A DNA stretch of 64,000 nt from Octopus bimaculoides (Eukaryota). The position numbers and the translations under genes are program-made. This document shows positions 12,145-23,734 of the stretch, one piece after another (positions within the stretch are counted from its first letter, which is position 1; every line of letters starts with the position of its first letter). The stretch spans positions 61,378,231 to 61,442,230 of the forward strand of contig NC_068990.1 of NCBI RefSeq assembly GCF_001194135.2, in the 5' to 3' direction. Under the pieces are notes generated by a model. That model was not told the DNA's origin. It made no database searches and saw only the letters and a program-made list of their open reading frames with translations.

Positions 12145-13440
12145 AAGCAAATATGTCAGGTCCAACAGAGCCAGTGTGTTCCTCATGAAAATTTCTCATC
12201 ATTTCCTGGTGTACAACCTGTATCATAAAATTTTCATAAATCTTGTCGAGGTAAGCTGCTTATTAAAAGCACAACACAATAAAGAATCACTCGCAATAAC
12301 AACTAAAATTTGGATATTGCATCTCTATACTTATGTTAATAACCCTTGCACCTGCTCACTTCATATTAACTGCTTGGTGGAAATTGTGGTTACTTCATTA
12401 AAGTTTACTTAAGACATGTCGTCTCACCAAAATCCTATTGGATTTACGAAAACAAAAATGGAAAACAAATTCAAATCAAGAATCTACCAGTATGCTTCCT
12501 ACATTAATAGCCAGAGATCCAGTACAACTGCATGGTTAAAGTATATCTAACTGATTAAGGAGATGAACGACAACATGTCTGAAATTAATTAGTCCATTCT
12601 AGGCTGTATACAGCTATATTGTTAAGGGACCCTCATTTCTTCACATTTAAGCTGTGTTACCAGCTAAGCCTATCAGAGAAAATACACGTCTTGTTACAAA
12701 TGTCCAAGAACTTAAATATCTGATCAAAATTAATAAATTCTTGCAAGCTCACATCAAAAAACTTTTTATCCTGCTATAAACTTCCTGAAATCCAAAGAAA
12801 GGCAACACTGTATAACTTTACAATCGTTTTTGTTCAATTCTGTAACCTTCTTTTTGAAGAACTTTTCTCACTTCTGGTAGCTAAACACCTCATCCATCCA
12901 AGCAAACCCCTGTTGTGCAAGGAGGTTGTTCTAGCAACCAAATCAATCCTCTATCTATACCAATCCTTGCTTTGCCTTGGGGTCATTTTTTATGAATTTT
13001 TAATCCATTTTGTTTCATTTTACTTTCACCTTTTTCAATCTATTTCATTTCCAATCTATTTTTAAATCAATTTTGATTTACTTTGCCCCGTTTTAAAATT
13101 CTTTATGCATATATTTTTTATATATATGTATTTTCATATAATTTTGAAAGTGTGCTTTTTTAAAATTTATGTCTTTTTATCACATATTTTTATTATATTT
13201 TTTCATCAGATAAAGTAACATTTTTCTATCATCTCTATTGCCTTTTAACATTCATCAGCTATTACCATTTATTCTTTATCCATCGCCCATCCAACTCATT
13301 TTATTGCCTTTTTTGCCTTAATGTAACTTATATCATTCTTCTATGTTTTTGTAATATGCCTCCTTCTGTCAGTCTCATATTTGAATGGGTTTTTGTTATT
13401 CATTGAATGTGCATCCATGTAAAGTAATGTATATGTGTAG

Positions 13441-13685
13441 ATGTATGAGGGAGGGTTTGTGTGTCTATGTTTATACCTGTTTGTATAGAAAAGAGTGAAA
13501 GCATTAATATAAAAAGATAAAAAAAAGACATATGGGTGTGCATATATTTTCATTTTTTAAATATTTTTATGTTCTTTTGCACTGTAAAAAACAAACATAA
13601 AAAACATATTACTCAACCAAACACTTTAATGCAAGAATATGGCAGTTTCCTACCCATCCACTGCTTCCAATCACGAATTAACAAT
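13441..13685. repeat. Direct repeat copy 1 (~245 bp)
   Basis: ~80% identical to 14668-14911, including the exact block AAAACATATTACTCAACCAAACACTTTAATGCAAGAATATGGCAG. A Penelope pLTR origin is inference only. Confidence 0.85.
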
Positions 13686-13989
13686 ATACTTAAACATTTT
13701 CACAGATTTTTTTCCTTTTTCTTTTCTTTTCTTTCTCCTTTTTTATCCGTTGTAAAAAAAAAAAATCCCATATATATTAGTTCTACTCACTTCAACATTC
13801 CCTGGCATCTAAATAAAGAGAGTCCACCCTGATACTTCATCACCACTATTTTTAATTCGTTTTCTATTCCACCCGATCACTCCCGTCCTCTCTTCTAAAA
13901 TGTGTGGAGTCTTGTGGCTCCTAAACCACAAGAAACCTGTTCTACTCTGATCCCTTCTTTCATACTTTTACTCTTCATCTCTAGGCATA

Positions 13990-14220
13990 AAGATCTTGAG
14001 GGGTTTTTGTAATCTTGCAAGCTGCATGGTGATCTCACTGGTGCTGGTGCCATGTAAAAAGCACCCGGTACACTCTGTAAAGTGGTTGGTTTTAGGAAGG
14101 ACATCCAGCCATAGAAACCATGACAAAACAGACTCTGAAGCATGATGCTGTCAAGCTCTCCAACCCATGCTACCATATGGAACATGGATGGTAAAATTTG
14201 ATGGTGATGATGGTGATGAT
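13990..14220 (+). mobile_element. Meta-domain SINE with (GAT)n tail
   Basis: GGTTTTAGGAAGGACATCCAGCCATAGAAACC...AACCCATGCTACCATATGG..(GAT)n. Relatives at 31190-31440(-), 32290-32600(+), 38580-38780(-), 47755-47910(-), 48955-49140(-), 49550-49870(+), 62187-62253(+). Confidence 0.8.
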
Positions 14221-14307
14221 ACTTATATAACACACATACACATGCACAAAAAGAAAACACACACACACATGTTCATATATTCGTTTTGATATTTCACCAA
14301 ATCAAGG

Positions 14308-14520
14308 CAGTGAGTTGTCTGAATCATTGGCATGTCAGGCAAAATGCTTAGTGGCATATCGTCTATCTTTATGTTCTGAGTTCAAATTTCACTGAGGTCG
14401 ACTTTGCCTTCCATCCTTTCAGGGTTGATAAAACAAATACTAGTTGAGCACTGAGGTTGATGAATAGTTGAATGTACCCTTCCATCAAAATTTCAGTCTT
14501 TCTGCTTTTAATAGAAAGTA
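14308..14520 (+). mobile_element. Nin-domain tRNA-derived SINE
   Basis: GCAAAATGCTTAGTGGCAT...GTTCTGAGTTCAAATT...GACTTTGCCTTCCATCCTTTCAGGGTTGATAAA. About 16 copies in the window (16000-16230-, 22430-22580-, 30262-30480+, 38075-38195-, 38360-38520-, 41765-41940-, 46185-46330+, 52330-52745+, 53545-53760+, 54700-54820+, 56145-56350-, 60507-60910+, 61215-61430+, 62937-63145+). Confidence 0.85.
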
Positions 14521-14667
14521 TATTTCGCCAAAACAAAAGCACTTTTAGGTACAGCTGGAGCAGAAGCTGTTGAGTCTTGGAGACTTCCATACATTGGTTT
14601 TGTCTGTCATCCATTGTTACCAATGTTACTGCTATTGTTGTTGTTGTCTTTGAGGTTGTGTTGACGT

Positions 14668-14911
14668 ATGTATGAGGGGAGGGTTTGTGTGTCTATGTTT
14701 ATATGTGCTTGTATAGAAAAGCATCAGAGCATGAATAAAAAGAGAAAAATAGACACATGGGTATGCATATTTTAAAAATTTTCTGACTTATATTTTTATG
14801 TCTCTTTGCACTCTGAGAACAACATAAAAACATATTACTCAACCAAACACTTTAATGCAAGAATATGGCAGCTTCCTACTCATCCACAGCTTCCAATCAG
14901 GAATTAACAAT
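14668..14911. repeat. Direct repeat copy 2 (~245 bp)
   Basis: Partner of 13441-13685, 1227 bp downstream. Confidence 0.85.
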
Positions 14912-15169
14912 CCAGAAAGGAGTACACCTGTGATTTCTTCTGACAAGAACAGTTAGGGAACTGTCCATTTACAGAAGTAAACCTAGATATAATTTTCTCA
15001 TGACTTCTGTGAGGATTAAAAGTATTCATTCTTGCTATACCTTATATTCTATCTTTTGTCTTTTACATGTTTCTGTCATTAGACTGGCCATGCTGGGGCA
15101 CCATCTTGAAGGGATTAGTGAAATAAATTAACTTCAGTACTTATTTTTTATGCTTGGTGCTCATCCCCA

Positions 15170-15480
15170 TTGTCATCATCATCCTCACCACCACTGCCGT
15201 CGTCCTCCTCCTCCTCCCCATCATCATCATCATCATCACATTCATCATCATCACCACATTCATCATCATCATCGTCATCACCATCACAACCATTATCATC
15301 TTCCTCCTCCTCCTCTCCACCACCACCACCTCCTCATCCTCATCATCATGGTTGTCATTGTCATCATCATTAACATCATCAACATCATCATCGTTGTCGT
15401 CATTGTTGTGTTCATCATAAGTCAGCTCAATCAAGACAGATCTAAGGATAGACAGCAACAACAGCAGCAACAATTGATAC
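15170..15480. repeat. (CAT)n/(CCT)n/(CAC)n low-complexity tract
   Basis: Trinucleotide mosaic; explains the His/Ser/Ile-rich ORFs. Confidence 0.95.
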
Positions 15481-15494
15481 ATTTTACAACACTT

Positions 15495-15558
<64 letters not shown>

Positions 15559-15572
15559 TGCACACAGACACA

Positions 15573-15617
<45 letters not shown>

Positions 15618-17039
15618 ACACATACATTGCTCAGTATTTACCTTTATAACAAATACATTGTCTATGTTACACTCAGATATGACATATGTTGATACTAATT
15701 ATATTCATCTACACCCAGTTTTAGAAAAATAACTTTCTATAAAACCATTATAGCATAAAACATTGATAAAATTAGAGAATACTGTTGAAAAGCCTGTATC
15801 ATAACCAATAACAATCTTAACTTACATAGTCAATCCCTTTGTTCTTTAAGTATACATACTTTGAATTCCCTTTGTGTGTTTTTCCCTACCTTCTGGTATG
15901 CATACAAAGTGTGAGGGATCGTCTGGTGTATTTCAATACTTGCTTAAGGACTTCCCAAGATTATTACCATTTTTAGCAGATTAACATGAAATATGTTTTT
16001 TCCTTTAGAGATAGGAAGCAAGATTTGAACTGAGAATGTGCAGAACTTAAGCAGATACTGTTAGGCATCTCCTTCGTTGCGTTTATATTTTGTCACTCTG
16101 TTGCTTTATCAACCGAAAAGAATCGGAAACAAAATTGACTTTACTAGCATTTGAACTCAGAGTGCAGAAATCTGGAACATATACCAGAAGGTATTCTGTT
16201 AAACACTGTAATGACTCTGCTAATAATTGTTATGTCTACAACATACTAAGAATGCAGCAAGAAAGTATTCTGCTCTCATTGATTGATGTAATATTTGGCC
16301 AAATTAAAGGAAATATGGCATTAATTTCCAAATTGTACACCTGCTAGATAATGGGAACATTTAAATTTTAGCAGAATGCATAATCTTACTGCCACACACC
16401 TTAGTTAATAACAAACTTTTCCACAAATTGTTCTATGCAGCAACAATAGATATGTCACACACACCACCCTTTCTTCAAAGGATTTAGTCAAGCTGGGAAC
16501 TTGAATCAAATCAGTTGGGAATCTTGAATTCTTTACTAGTTTATGAACCACAATGAAAAGCAGGAAGCAGGTGCAGGCTCTTAAAGGGCATCATACATGA
16601 TGGTTTATGGAGAATGGGAATGTAAGAAGCAAAGTAATTATGTTAACACATCAGGTTAGGTACAGTATAATAAAAAGTAGCTGGCGAAAGTGGTTTTCAT
16701 ATTCATGTTGTTGAAATAGTCCTTAGGCTGCCTTTACAAAATTGACAAAGAATTATCTGCTAAGATAAACAACTGCACAATAGAGCTGTAACTATAGAAT
16801 AACTATATGGATAAATGAATTACATTTATGACTGTCTTAGTTCTTAGTAGCATCAGTTCTGAGTGACAGCTTAGATGATCAAGGATTAAGTCTATCTCTT
16901 AACACCTATTGCTACAGCAAGCTGGACCTTCATGAGACAGATTTTTAGCAACCAAGAATTAAAGATTGAACCAGATGTTTTTTCTTATAATCATCTTTGC
17001 TGTTATTTCTGTTCTTTGAGAATTGCCAAGTGTTTATAT

Positions 17040-17530
17040 GTCCTTCTTAAGTGGTGACAAGAAAGCAATAAAACTAAAGTGTGAAAAAAAAAAAAACAGA
17101 AAGAAGAATGCAACTAGACAGCAAAAGCAACAAAACGACAACAGTAAAGTAGCATAAAACAAAAAGATGGTATTAACGACGGCAAAGGAGAAATAGCAAC
17201 AAGACAGCAAAAGCAAAAGATTGAAATAGCAACAAAGAGATAATGGCAACAATGCATAAATGGCAAAAAAAAAAAAGCAAACATGTGTGTGTGTGGGGGG
17301 TGGGGGACGGCAACAAAATAACAACAAAACAAGAAGAAACATGATGGTAACAAAACAGAGAAGGCAATAAAACAGCATTAACAGCAACAAAAGAATAACA
17401 AAAAACAATAACAACAACAACAACAACATTAGCAACAAGATAACAGCAGAAAAAGAGGAAATAATAGCAAGACTGTAATAGTAACAAAACAAGGCACACA
17501 AAAGCCCCAAAACAGCAAACTCAACAAAGC
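17040..17530. repeat. (AAC/AGC)-rich low-complexity tract
   Basis: Degenerate ACA/AAC repeats; explains the Leu/Phe-rich minus-strand ORFs. Confidence 0.85.
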
Positions 17531-17732
17531 AATGAAAGCTGGACCTGTGTTATACATTATACAAACTAGACAATTGCCTGCAGAACAGAATTCTGGGGAA
17601 CAATCCAAATCTTGAATAACTCAGGCAAAATTTCTTAATCCAAGAATAAACATGTAAACTTAGTAAGAATGGGAGTAGAGAAGGTTACAGCTAGAACAAT
17701 GCTTTAGCAATGGTAGAATATTGAAACATCAT

Positions 17733-17774
17733 CAGCTGATCTATTGATGAAATTTTATATCAATAGATCAGCTG
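17733..17774. repeat. Perfect 16-bp inverted repeat, 10-nt loop
   Basis: CAGCTGATCTATTGAT-gaaattttat-ATCAATAGATCAGCTG. Confidence 0.95.
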
Positions 17775-17849
17775 GTAAACCATTAATACAATATTGAACT
17801 AATATAATATTTATAACAAACTACTTATATGTATATTTATTACCTTGTT

Positions 17850-18110
17850 TTTCAGTTTTGTTGAAGTTTTGTGGTTGGTTGTTGGTTCATAATTGAGTTA
17901 GCAGCAGCTGATCTTCCTTGAGTGTAACCTTGTATAGTTGGCTGGTCCAGTAATCTCGTTAGGAGCTCATCCAATAATTTTTTTTTAATGTTTCAATAGA
18001 ATTCCCTTTTAAGTCTATTTCTTTCAGATTGTTGCAGTAGAGTGTCTGTTCTGAAGGTTTTGAAGGTGGTATATGTGGAAGCTGGCACTATCCACCAGTT
18101 CGTGCATTAT
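17850..18110 (-). mobile_element. CR1-like LINE 3' end, decayed
   Basis: Minus translation ...KKLLDELLTRLLDQPTIQGYTQGRSAAANSIMNQ resembles the CR1 ORF2 C-terminus (LDxFLxxxPDQPxxxGY..RAAxSNSI). Confidence 0.65.
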
Positions 18111-18132
18111 GCGTATTTAAGTATACATAAAT

Positions 18133-18171
<39 letters not shown>

Positions 18172-18181
18172 NNNNNNNNNN

Positions 18182-18212
<31 letters not shown>

Positions 18213-18218
<6 letters not shown>

Positions 18219-18504
18219 ATATCTCTACCGTAAGGCTTTATTTCCACACACACCAGTTTAATTTAATTCATCCTTAGTCGAAAGACACCTGTTATTATGT
18301 CCTGTTATTTGTATTTGTGTAACATTTTCCTGTCCTTGTTTTCGTATACATTCACTGCTTTCTTCCAAGGAATCTAATGCTCTTAGCTTAGTTTTTTCCT
18401 TGGGGCTAGCTAATTTGCCCTTTCTTTTTCACATCTCAGATATTGCAAAATAAAATCAATCTCAAGTATAACCAGCTGAAATTGCAAAGATAATCTGGAA
18501 CTCG
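18213..18504. repeat. Interspersed repeat, probably Penelope-like
   Basis: Block ACATCTCAGATATTGCAAAATA recurs at ~27290, and CAGCTGAAATT recurs at ~28276. Family assignment is tentative. Confidence 0.5.
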
Positions 18505-18902
18505 NNNNNNNNNNNNNNNNNNNNNNNNNNNNNNNNNNNNNNNNNNNNNNNNNNNNNNNNNNNNNNNNNNNNNNNNNNNNNNNNNNNNNNNNNNNNNNNN
18601 NNNNNNNNNNNNNNNNNNNNNNNNNNNNNNNNNNNNNNNNNNNNNNNNNNNNNNNNNNNNNNNNNNNNNNNNNNNNNNNNNNNNNNNNNNNNNNNNNNNN
18701 NNNNNNNNNNNNNNNNNNNNNNNNNNNNNNNNNNNNNNNNNNNNNNNNNNNNNNNNNNNNNNNNNNNNNNNNNNNNNNNNNNNNNNNNNNNNNNNNNNNN
18801 NNNNNNNNNNNNNNNNNNNNNNNNNNNNNNNNNNNNNNNNNNNNNNNNNNNNNNNNNNNTATATATATATATATATATATTAATAATATATTAATGTCTA
18901 TA

Positions 18903-19400
18903 TGAGTTAGAGGTTAAACAACCGTCTAAGGGATAATAAATATCCAATATACTACTGGATGTACGCCTACATATTTATATCCAAGTGCTTACTGTTGCAG
19001 GGCAGTAGCACAATTGAATAATAGGTATGAGTGGGGGAAAAGCAGGAATTTACTCAGAATTTATAAAGCAAATAAGAAAATGGAGAGGATAATCAATCGA
19101 CATACATCAGCCTGTAGACATTCATTTATATCTATTTATTAATTGATTACAATCATATGTATAAGCAATCAAAAGAAATAAGCAAATAAACAAATAAATA
19201 AATAGAAATAAGCAAATGAATAAGAATAAATGAGTGAAAAAAATACTAAATTTTTACAGCTGTTTCTACTTTAGGGGTGTCCAATTTGCCGAGATTTCTA
19301 CATCATACCAGTAATATACTGGGATTTTACAAAGGTTGAACAAACATTGGACAGGGGTTGAACAATAACTGAGCCCCAAAGCTTCATCAGAGAGACCATA
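18903..19400 (-). mobile_element. Penelope-like pLTR-type repeat (copy B) carrying a hammerhead core
   Basis: Homologous terminal block with 4261-4660; adjoins (TA)n; contains the hammerhead below. Confidence 0.7.
19250..19395 (-). ncRNA. Type I minimal hammerhead ribozyme motif with extended stem II
   Basis: Minus strand: CTGATGA (19390-19384), stem II CTTTGGGG/CCCC(T)AAAG plus inner helix TGTCCAAT/ATTGGACA, then GAAA-C-AGCT-G-TA (19266-19255). Stem I is decayed (TCTCT vs AAAAT). Confidence 0.65.
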
Positions 19401-19414
19401 ATGTTAGGGATTTA

Positions 19415-19561
19415 ACATGTGAGGAAGTAAGATAAAATAATAAAATAATAAAATAATAAAAATAGTAAGGAATGGTAAAAAAGTCCTTACTTTTACCATT
19501 TCTTACTATTTTTATTATTTTATTATTTTATTTTATCATTTTATCTTACTTCTTCACATGT
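19415..19561. mobile_element. 147-bp palindromic MITE with TA TSD (Tc1/mariner type)
   Basis: TA|ACATGTGAGGAAGTAAG...CTTACTTCTTCACATGT|TA. Arms of 66 and 71 bp are near-perfect around a 10-nt loop. Confidence 0.85.
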
Positions 19562-19562
19562 T

Positions 19563-20698
19563 AGAAATTTGAAACCAACATGCTTGGTATTCACACCAGA
19601 AGCTCCAATATGAACATTTCAGAGTGTTTGGGTGTCAATCTGAGGACAGTGCAGAGGATTCGGAAAAAGTTGAATGAGTCTAATGGTGATTATGAAAGTA
19701 CGGCAGCTTGGAAACCTCACTCTGATCATTCCGATAAGAAAAGAACTGCTGAATTTGTTGGTGAGATCCAAGCCATGATTGACAACAATTCCTCCAAGTC
19801 AATCAGGTCCATTGCCAGGGACATGAGAGTGTCTGAATTTTTTATCCGGCAGGCAATGCATGAAGACATTCGGTATTCCTCATACAAGATGAGAAAGGGC
19901 CAATTTTCATCTCAAGCCATCAAGGATAAGAGGAAAAACTGCACTACGAAGCTTCTGAACAAACTCAAGTACCCCCTCAACTGAAAGTGCTTTGATTTCT
20001 CTCAAACAAGAAAAATTTCTGCCGGGATCAGATGGTGAACACACAGAACAACTGTTGGCTTGACATGTCTCCAAAACAGGTACTGAGAGTGATAGAAATC
20101 AAACATCCAGTCAACATCATGTTGTTTGGAGAGATCACTTCTTTCAGTGATGGCGACATTATGCTTCCATTCATCTTCACACATAGCCTCAGACTCAATG
20201 CGGAGGTCTACATCAAGTGCGTGGAAGAGGTAGTGCTGCCCTGGGTGAAGAGGGTGGCTGCTGGAAAACCCTATGTTTGGCAACAGGAATATGCACCATG
20301 CCACACAAGCAGGAGAACCTAATGATGGCTGTCAGACAATTTCTGCAACCACATCACCCCTAACATCTGGCCACCTAACTCTCCAGACTGTAACCAACTT
20401 GATTATTATGTGTGGGGTGCAGTTGAGCGAGAGACCAACAAAACTGTAGATGAACTGAGGGCAAGGATTATGGCAGCATTCATCAACTTAAACAAGGAGG
20501 CCATCCAGAAAAGTTGCAGGAGATTCTGAAGTTGTCTGGAGGCCGTGGTTGAACCCAACGACAATTTCATTGAATAAATTTACTCTTTAGAATCACAAGA
20601 TATTTTTATGTAATTTTGGTAAATATATTTGTTAAAGTGAGATGTCAGTGTTATTATCATTTTTGCATAATTTAGATGACAATTTATTTACCACAGTT

Positions 20699-20700
<2 letters not shown>
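19563..20700 (+). pseudogene. maT-family (DD37D) Tc1/mariner transposon, 5'-truncated, transposase disrupted
   Basis: HTH region (NLRTVQRIRK, SIRSIARDM), WQQ[E]YAPCHT...WPPNSPDCNQLDYYVWG with 37 residues between the 2nd and 3rd catalytic positions. Frameshifts and stops; 2nd Asp is now Glu. Right end GACAATTTATTTACCACAGTTTG. Confidence 0.92.
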
Positions 20701-20740
<40 letters not shown>

Positions 20741-21129
20741 CATATATGTGTGTATACATATACACACACACACATACACACACACATATATATATATATG
20801 TATATATATTCTATATGTGTGCATGTATGTAAATAACCTTTTTGACAAAAAATGAACTTATCCTCTATCTAATTTGACTTCATCTGTAAAAAGAATCAGC
20901 ACCAAGTAATCGGTAAGTGTATATATATAACAAGATAATTCATTTTACAAAATTCCTCATTTAAAAAATATGTTGACTTGAAAGGAATCCAACTTTATGA
21001 AGATGTTAGTAGATGCAATCAGTTCATATACAGTAAATTCTTCTCACAGGAAAAAGTTTGGTGAAAAATATTGCATTTTGTTTTTCGTCTTAGATATATA
21101 ATGCAAAATATTGAAAGATGTATAATATA

Positions 21130-21300
21130 TAGCTGCAGGTGTGGCTGTTTGGTGAGAAGTTTCATTTCCATTCACATGGTTTTGGGTTCAGTCCCACTGT
21201 GTAGCACTTTGGACAAGTGTTTTCTGCTACAGTTTCAGGACAACCAAATCCTTTTGAGTAGATTTAGTAGCTGGAAACTGAAAGAAGCCTATTGTATGTG
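21130..21300 (+). mobile_element. OK-like SINE 5' half
   Basis: GCAGGTGTGGCTGTTTGG...GGTTCAGTCCCACTG...GGAAACTGAAAGAAGCC. Other partial copies at 25968-26120, 36600-36900, 25210-25320(-), 31950-32030(-), 41590-41680(-). Confidence 0.8.
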
Positions 21301-21307
21301 TTCAAGT

Positions 21308-21446
21308 GTGTGCTGAAATGTTCCTAGTTTTGAGTAAAAGAAAATACCGAAGGATTAGTTAATTATGATTTTATTCAGCATAATCCCCTCTCAGAAACCC
21401 ACACTTATTGCAGTGGTCCTTAGATGACAATTTATTCACCACAGTC

Positions 21447-21448
<2 letters not shown>
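21308..21448. mobile_element. Chimera: mariner-MITE left part fused to a maT right terminus
   Basis: 21308-21420 matches the left part of 22127-22343; 21421-21448 matches 20673-20700 and is followed by TA. Confidence 0.7.
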
Positions 21449-21488
<40 letters not shown>

Positions 21489-21982
21489 TTAATTTATTAA
21501 TAAATTAATAATCCTTTACCCTTTTATATATATNNNNNNNNNNNNNNNNNNNNNNNNNNNNNNNNNNNNNNNNNNNNNNNNNNNNNNNNNNNNNNNNNNN
21601 NNNNNNNNNNNNNNNNNNNNNNNNNNNNNNNNNNNNNNNNNNNNNNNNNNNNNNNNNNNNNNNNNNNNNNNNNNNNNNNNNNNNNNNNNNNNNNNNNNNN
21701 NNNNNNNNNNNNNNNNNNNNNNNNNNNNNNNTATATATATATATGTATAAATATATGTGTATGTATATATAATTTCAAATCAGTCCAAAAATGTTTCTAT
21801 GCTCATTCGTCTTGGCAATGAAGATTTTCAGAAGGATGTTCCAAGATTTTTGCCCCACACAATATTCTAGTGGGTGTACTTGCACCTCCAGCATTCTCTT
21901 TCTCTGAACTTATGACTGTTACTACAACCTGAGAGTTCTACATCACCATTTCTTCTTCTTTTCAATGTACACACACACGCAC

Positions 21983-22013
<31 letters not shown>

Positions 22014-22126
22014 AAGATACACACATACTCACATGCACACATGCACACATGCACACATACTCACGTGCACATGTACATATATGCATGAATGTAAGTATTT
22101 GTATGGATTTAATATATATACATGTA

Positions 22127-22343
22127 CGAGAGTGTGCTGAAAAATTCCTGACTTTAGTTAAAAGAAAATACAAGAGAATCAGTTAATTATGATTTTACTC
22201 AACATATTCCCCTCTCAAATCCACACACTTATTGCAGCAGTCCTTCAGTTTTTCTAAACCTTGTAAAAGACCCCAGAAGGTTGGGCCTCCAACCAGGCCC
22301 TTTGCGATACCCTTAAAGCCAGGAACTTTTCAGCATCCTCTCA
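22127..22343. mobile_element. Mariner-derived MITE with both TIRs
   Basis: TA|CGAGAGTGTGCTGAAAAATTCCTGACTTT ... AAAGCCAGGAACTTTTCAGCATCCTCTC. The interior on the minus strand retains a mariner C-terminal remnant (AWLEAQPS...). Confidence 0.85.
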
Positions 22344-22754
22344 TTTGTGTTTGTATGTATATGTGCATGAATGTAAAAATAATCTTTTCTAATATAAGAA
22401 CAAAGACTGAAATTTTGAGGGGATAGTCTAGTTGATAACATCAACTGGTACATATTTTATCAACTCAGAAAAACAAAGTCATCTGTGGTAGAATTTGAAC
22501 TCAAAATGTACAGAAGCAGTAAAGATGGTGTTTGTGTTTTGTCGGATATGCTAATGATTCTGCCAGCTCGTCACCTTTGTATGCAATAATAATAAATTCT
22601 TTGTAATAATTTACAAATAAGCAACAATGTTGTATAGTATCCAATACTTCCATAGAGTACTGTAACACAATAAGTTTAAATAACAGGTGGTGCAATCTAA
22701 CTTAAGTTGAATAATTCCAATTTAAATTGTGTCAGCTGTAATTATTTTATGGTG

Positions 22755-22797
<43 letters not shown>

Positions 22798-22884
22798 GAG
22801 AAAGAGAGAAAGATAGGGAAGAGAGACAGATTGATAGATAGACAGATAGATAGATATCTGCATATATGTATAACAATGTATATG

Positions 22885-22927
<43 letters not shown>

Positions 22928-23014
22928 ATATATATTATATATACACATATGTATATATAAATGTATTGTCACTTACATGTGTGTGTATGATTGTGTGTGT
23001 ATATGTATGTCTGC

Positions 23015-23045
<31 letters not shown>

Positions 23046-23149
23046 TGTATGTGTGTGTGTGTGTATGTATTTGACTAAATGAGGTGCAGTTTCTCTTTCA
23101 AGAGTGTTCCACTGAAAAAGAATTTCAAACAAGTTCTCCTCTCCACGAA

Positions 23150-23345
23150 CTTGCACACAACGAAGCAAAGACACCAGCATCAGTAAGACAGATACGTCAA
23201 CTACATTTATTAAATTTCACTCAAGCAACTACATCACTAAATTGTACAACATTCTAAATGACAGAACAAAATGCTCTCCAATCAAAAGTGATCCTACATC
23301 TGAACTTAAAACCAAACTTAAATTCATTAAGTGTGATATTGCAGT
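23150..23345 (+). mobile_element. Penelope-like RT N-terminal fragment
   Basis: SKDTSISKTDTSTTFIKFHSSNYITKLYNILNDRTKCSPIKSDPTSELKTKL resembles the PLE motif ADKxNxxVxxxxxDYxxKxxxILxDxxxFxxxxxDPT. Confidence 0.55.
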
Positions 23346-23734
23346 AAATAACAAAGTTAAACTAGTCACACTCATGGCCAATAAATACACAGAAGCACAA
23401 ATATCTGACATTAATACAAGGCAGAATACACGGTTACTTTATTAGGCCAATCAGCTCACAGGTAAATATAACGTCTCACTATATAGAGTATGCTGAAATT
23501 TTTTGATTCTTCAAGTGAGAACTACAGTATCTTATTATCCTTGAGAAATTATTTCTAGCATGTAGTACAGAAGTCTGATTTCAATACCCCAAGGAAAAAA
23601 TATCCATGAGTTTCTCCACACAAGCTCATCAGTAAAAGTTTCTATAAGCATGAAATGAAAATTAATGAATTGAAACACAAGGTATGATATATGTTATGTT
23701 ATGATATGATATGATACATATGAATATATGTATG

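Noticed and set aside
12143-12260. Protein-like minus frame YLDKIYENFMIQVVHQEMMRNFHEEH, and a plus-strand GAG|GTAAGC donor
   Set aside because: No convincing matched acceptor/donor pair on either strand; no recognisable family.
14549-14665. GTAGAEAVESWRLPYIG / VQLEQKLLSLGDF frames after TTTTAG
   Set aside because: Purine-rich acceptor context and in-frame stops before any good donor.
23600-23636. Minus-strand CTGATGAGC..GAAAC near the Penelope RT fragment
   Set aside because: No GUH triplet and no stem I or II pairing; at best a dead remnant.
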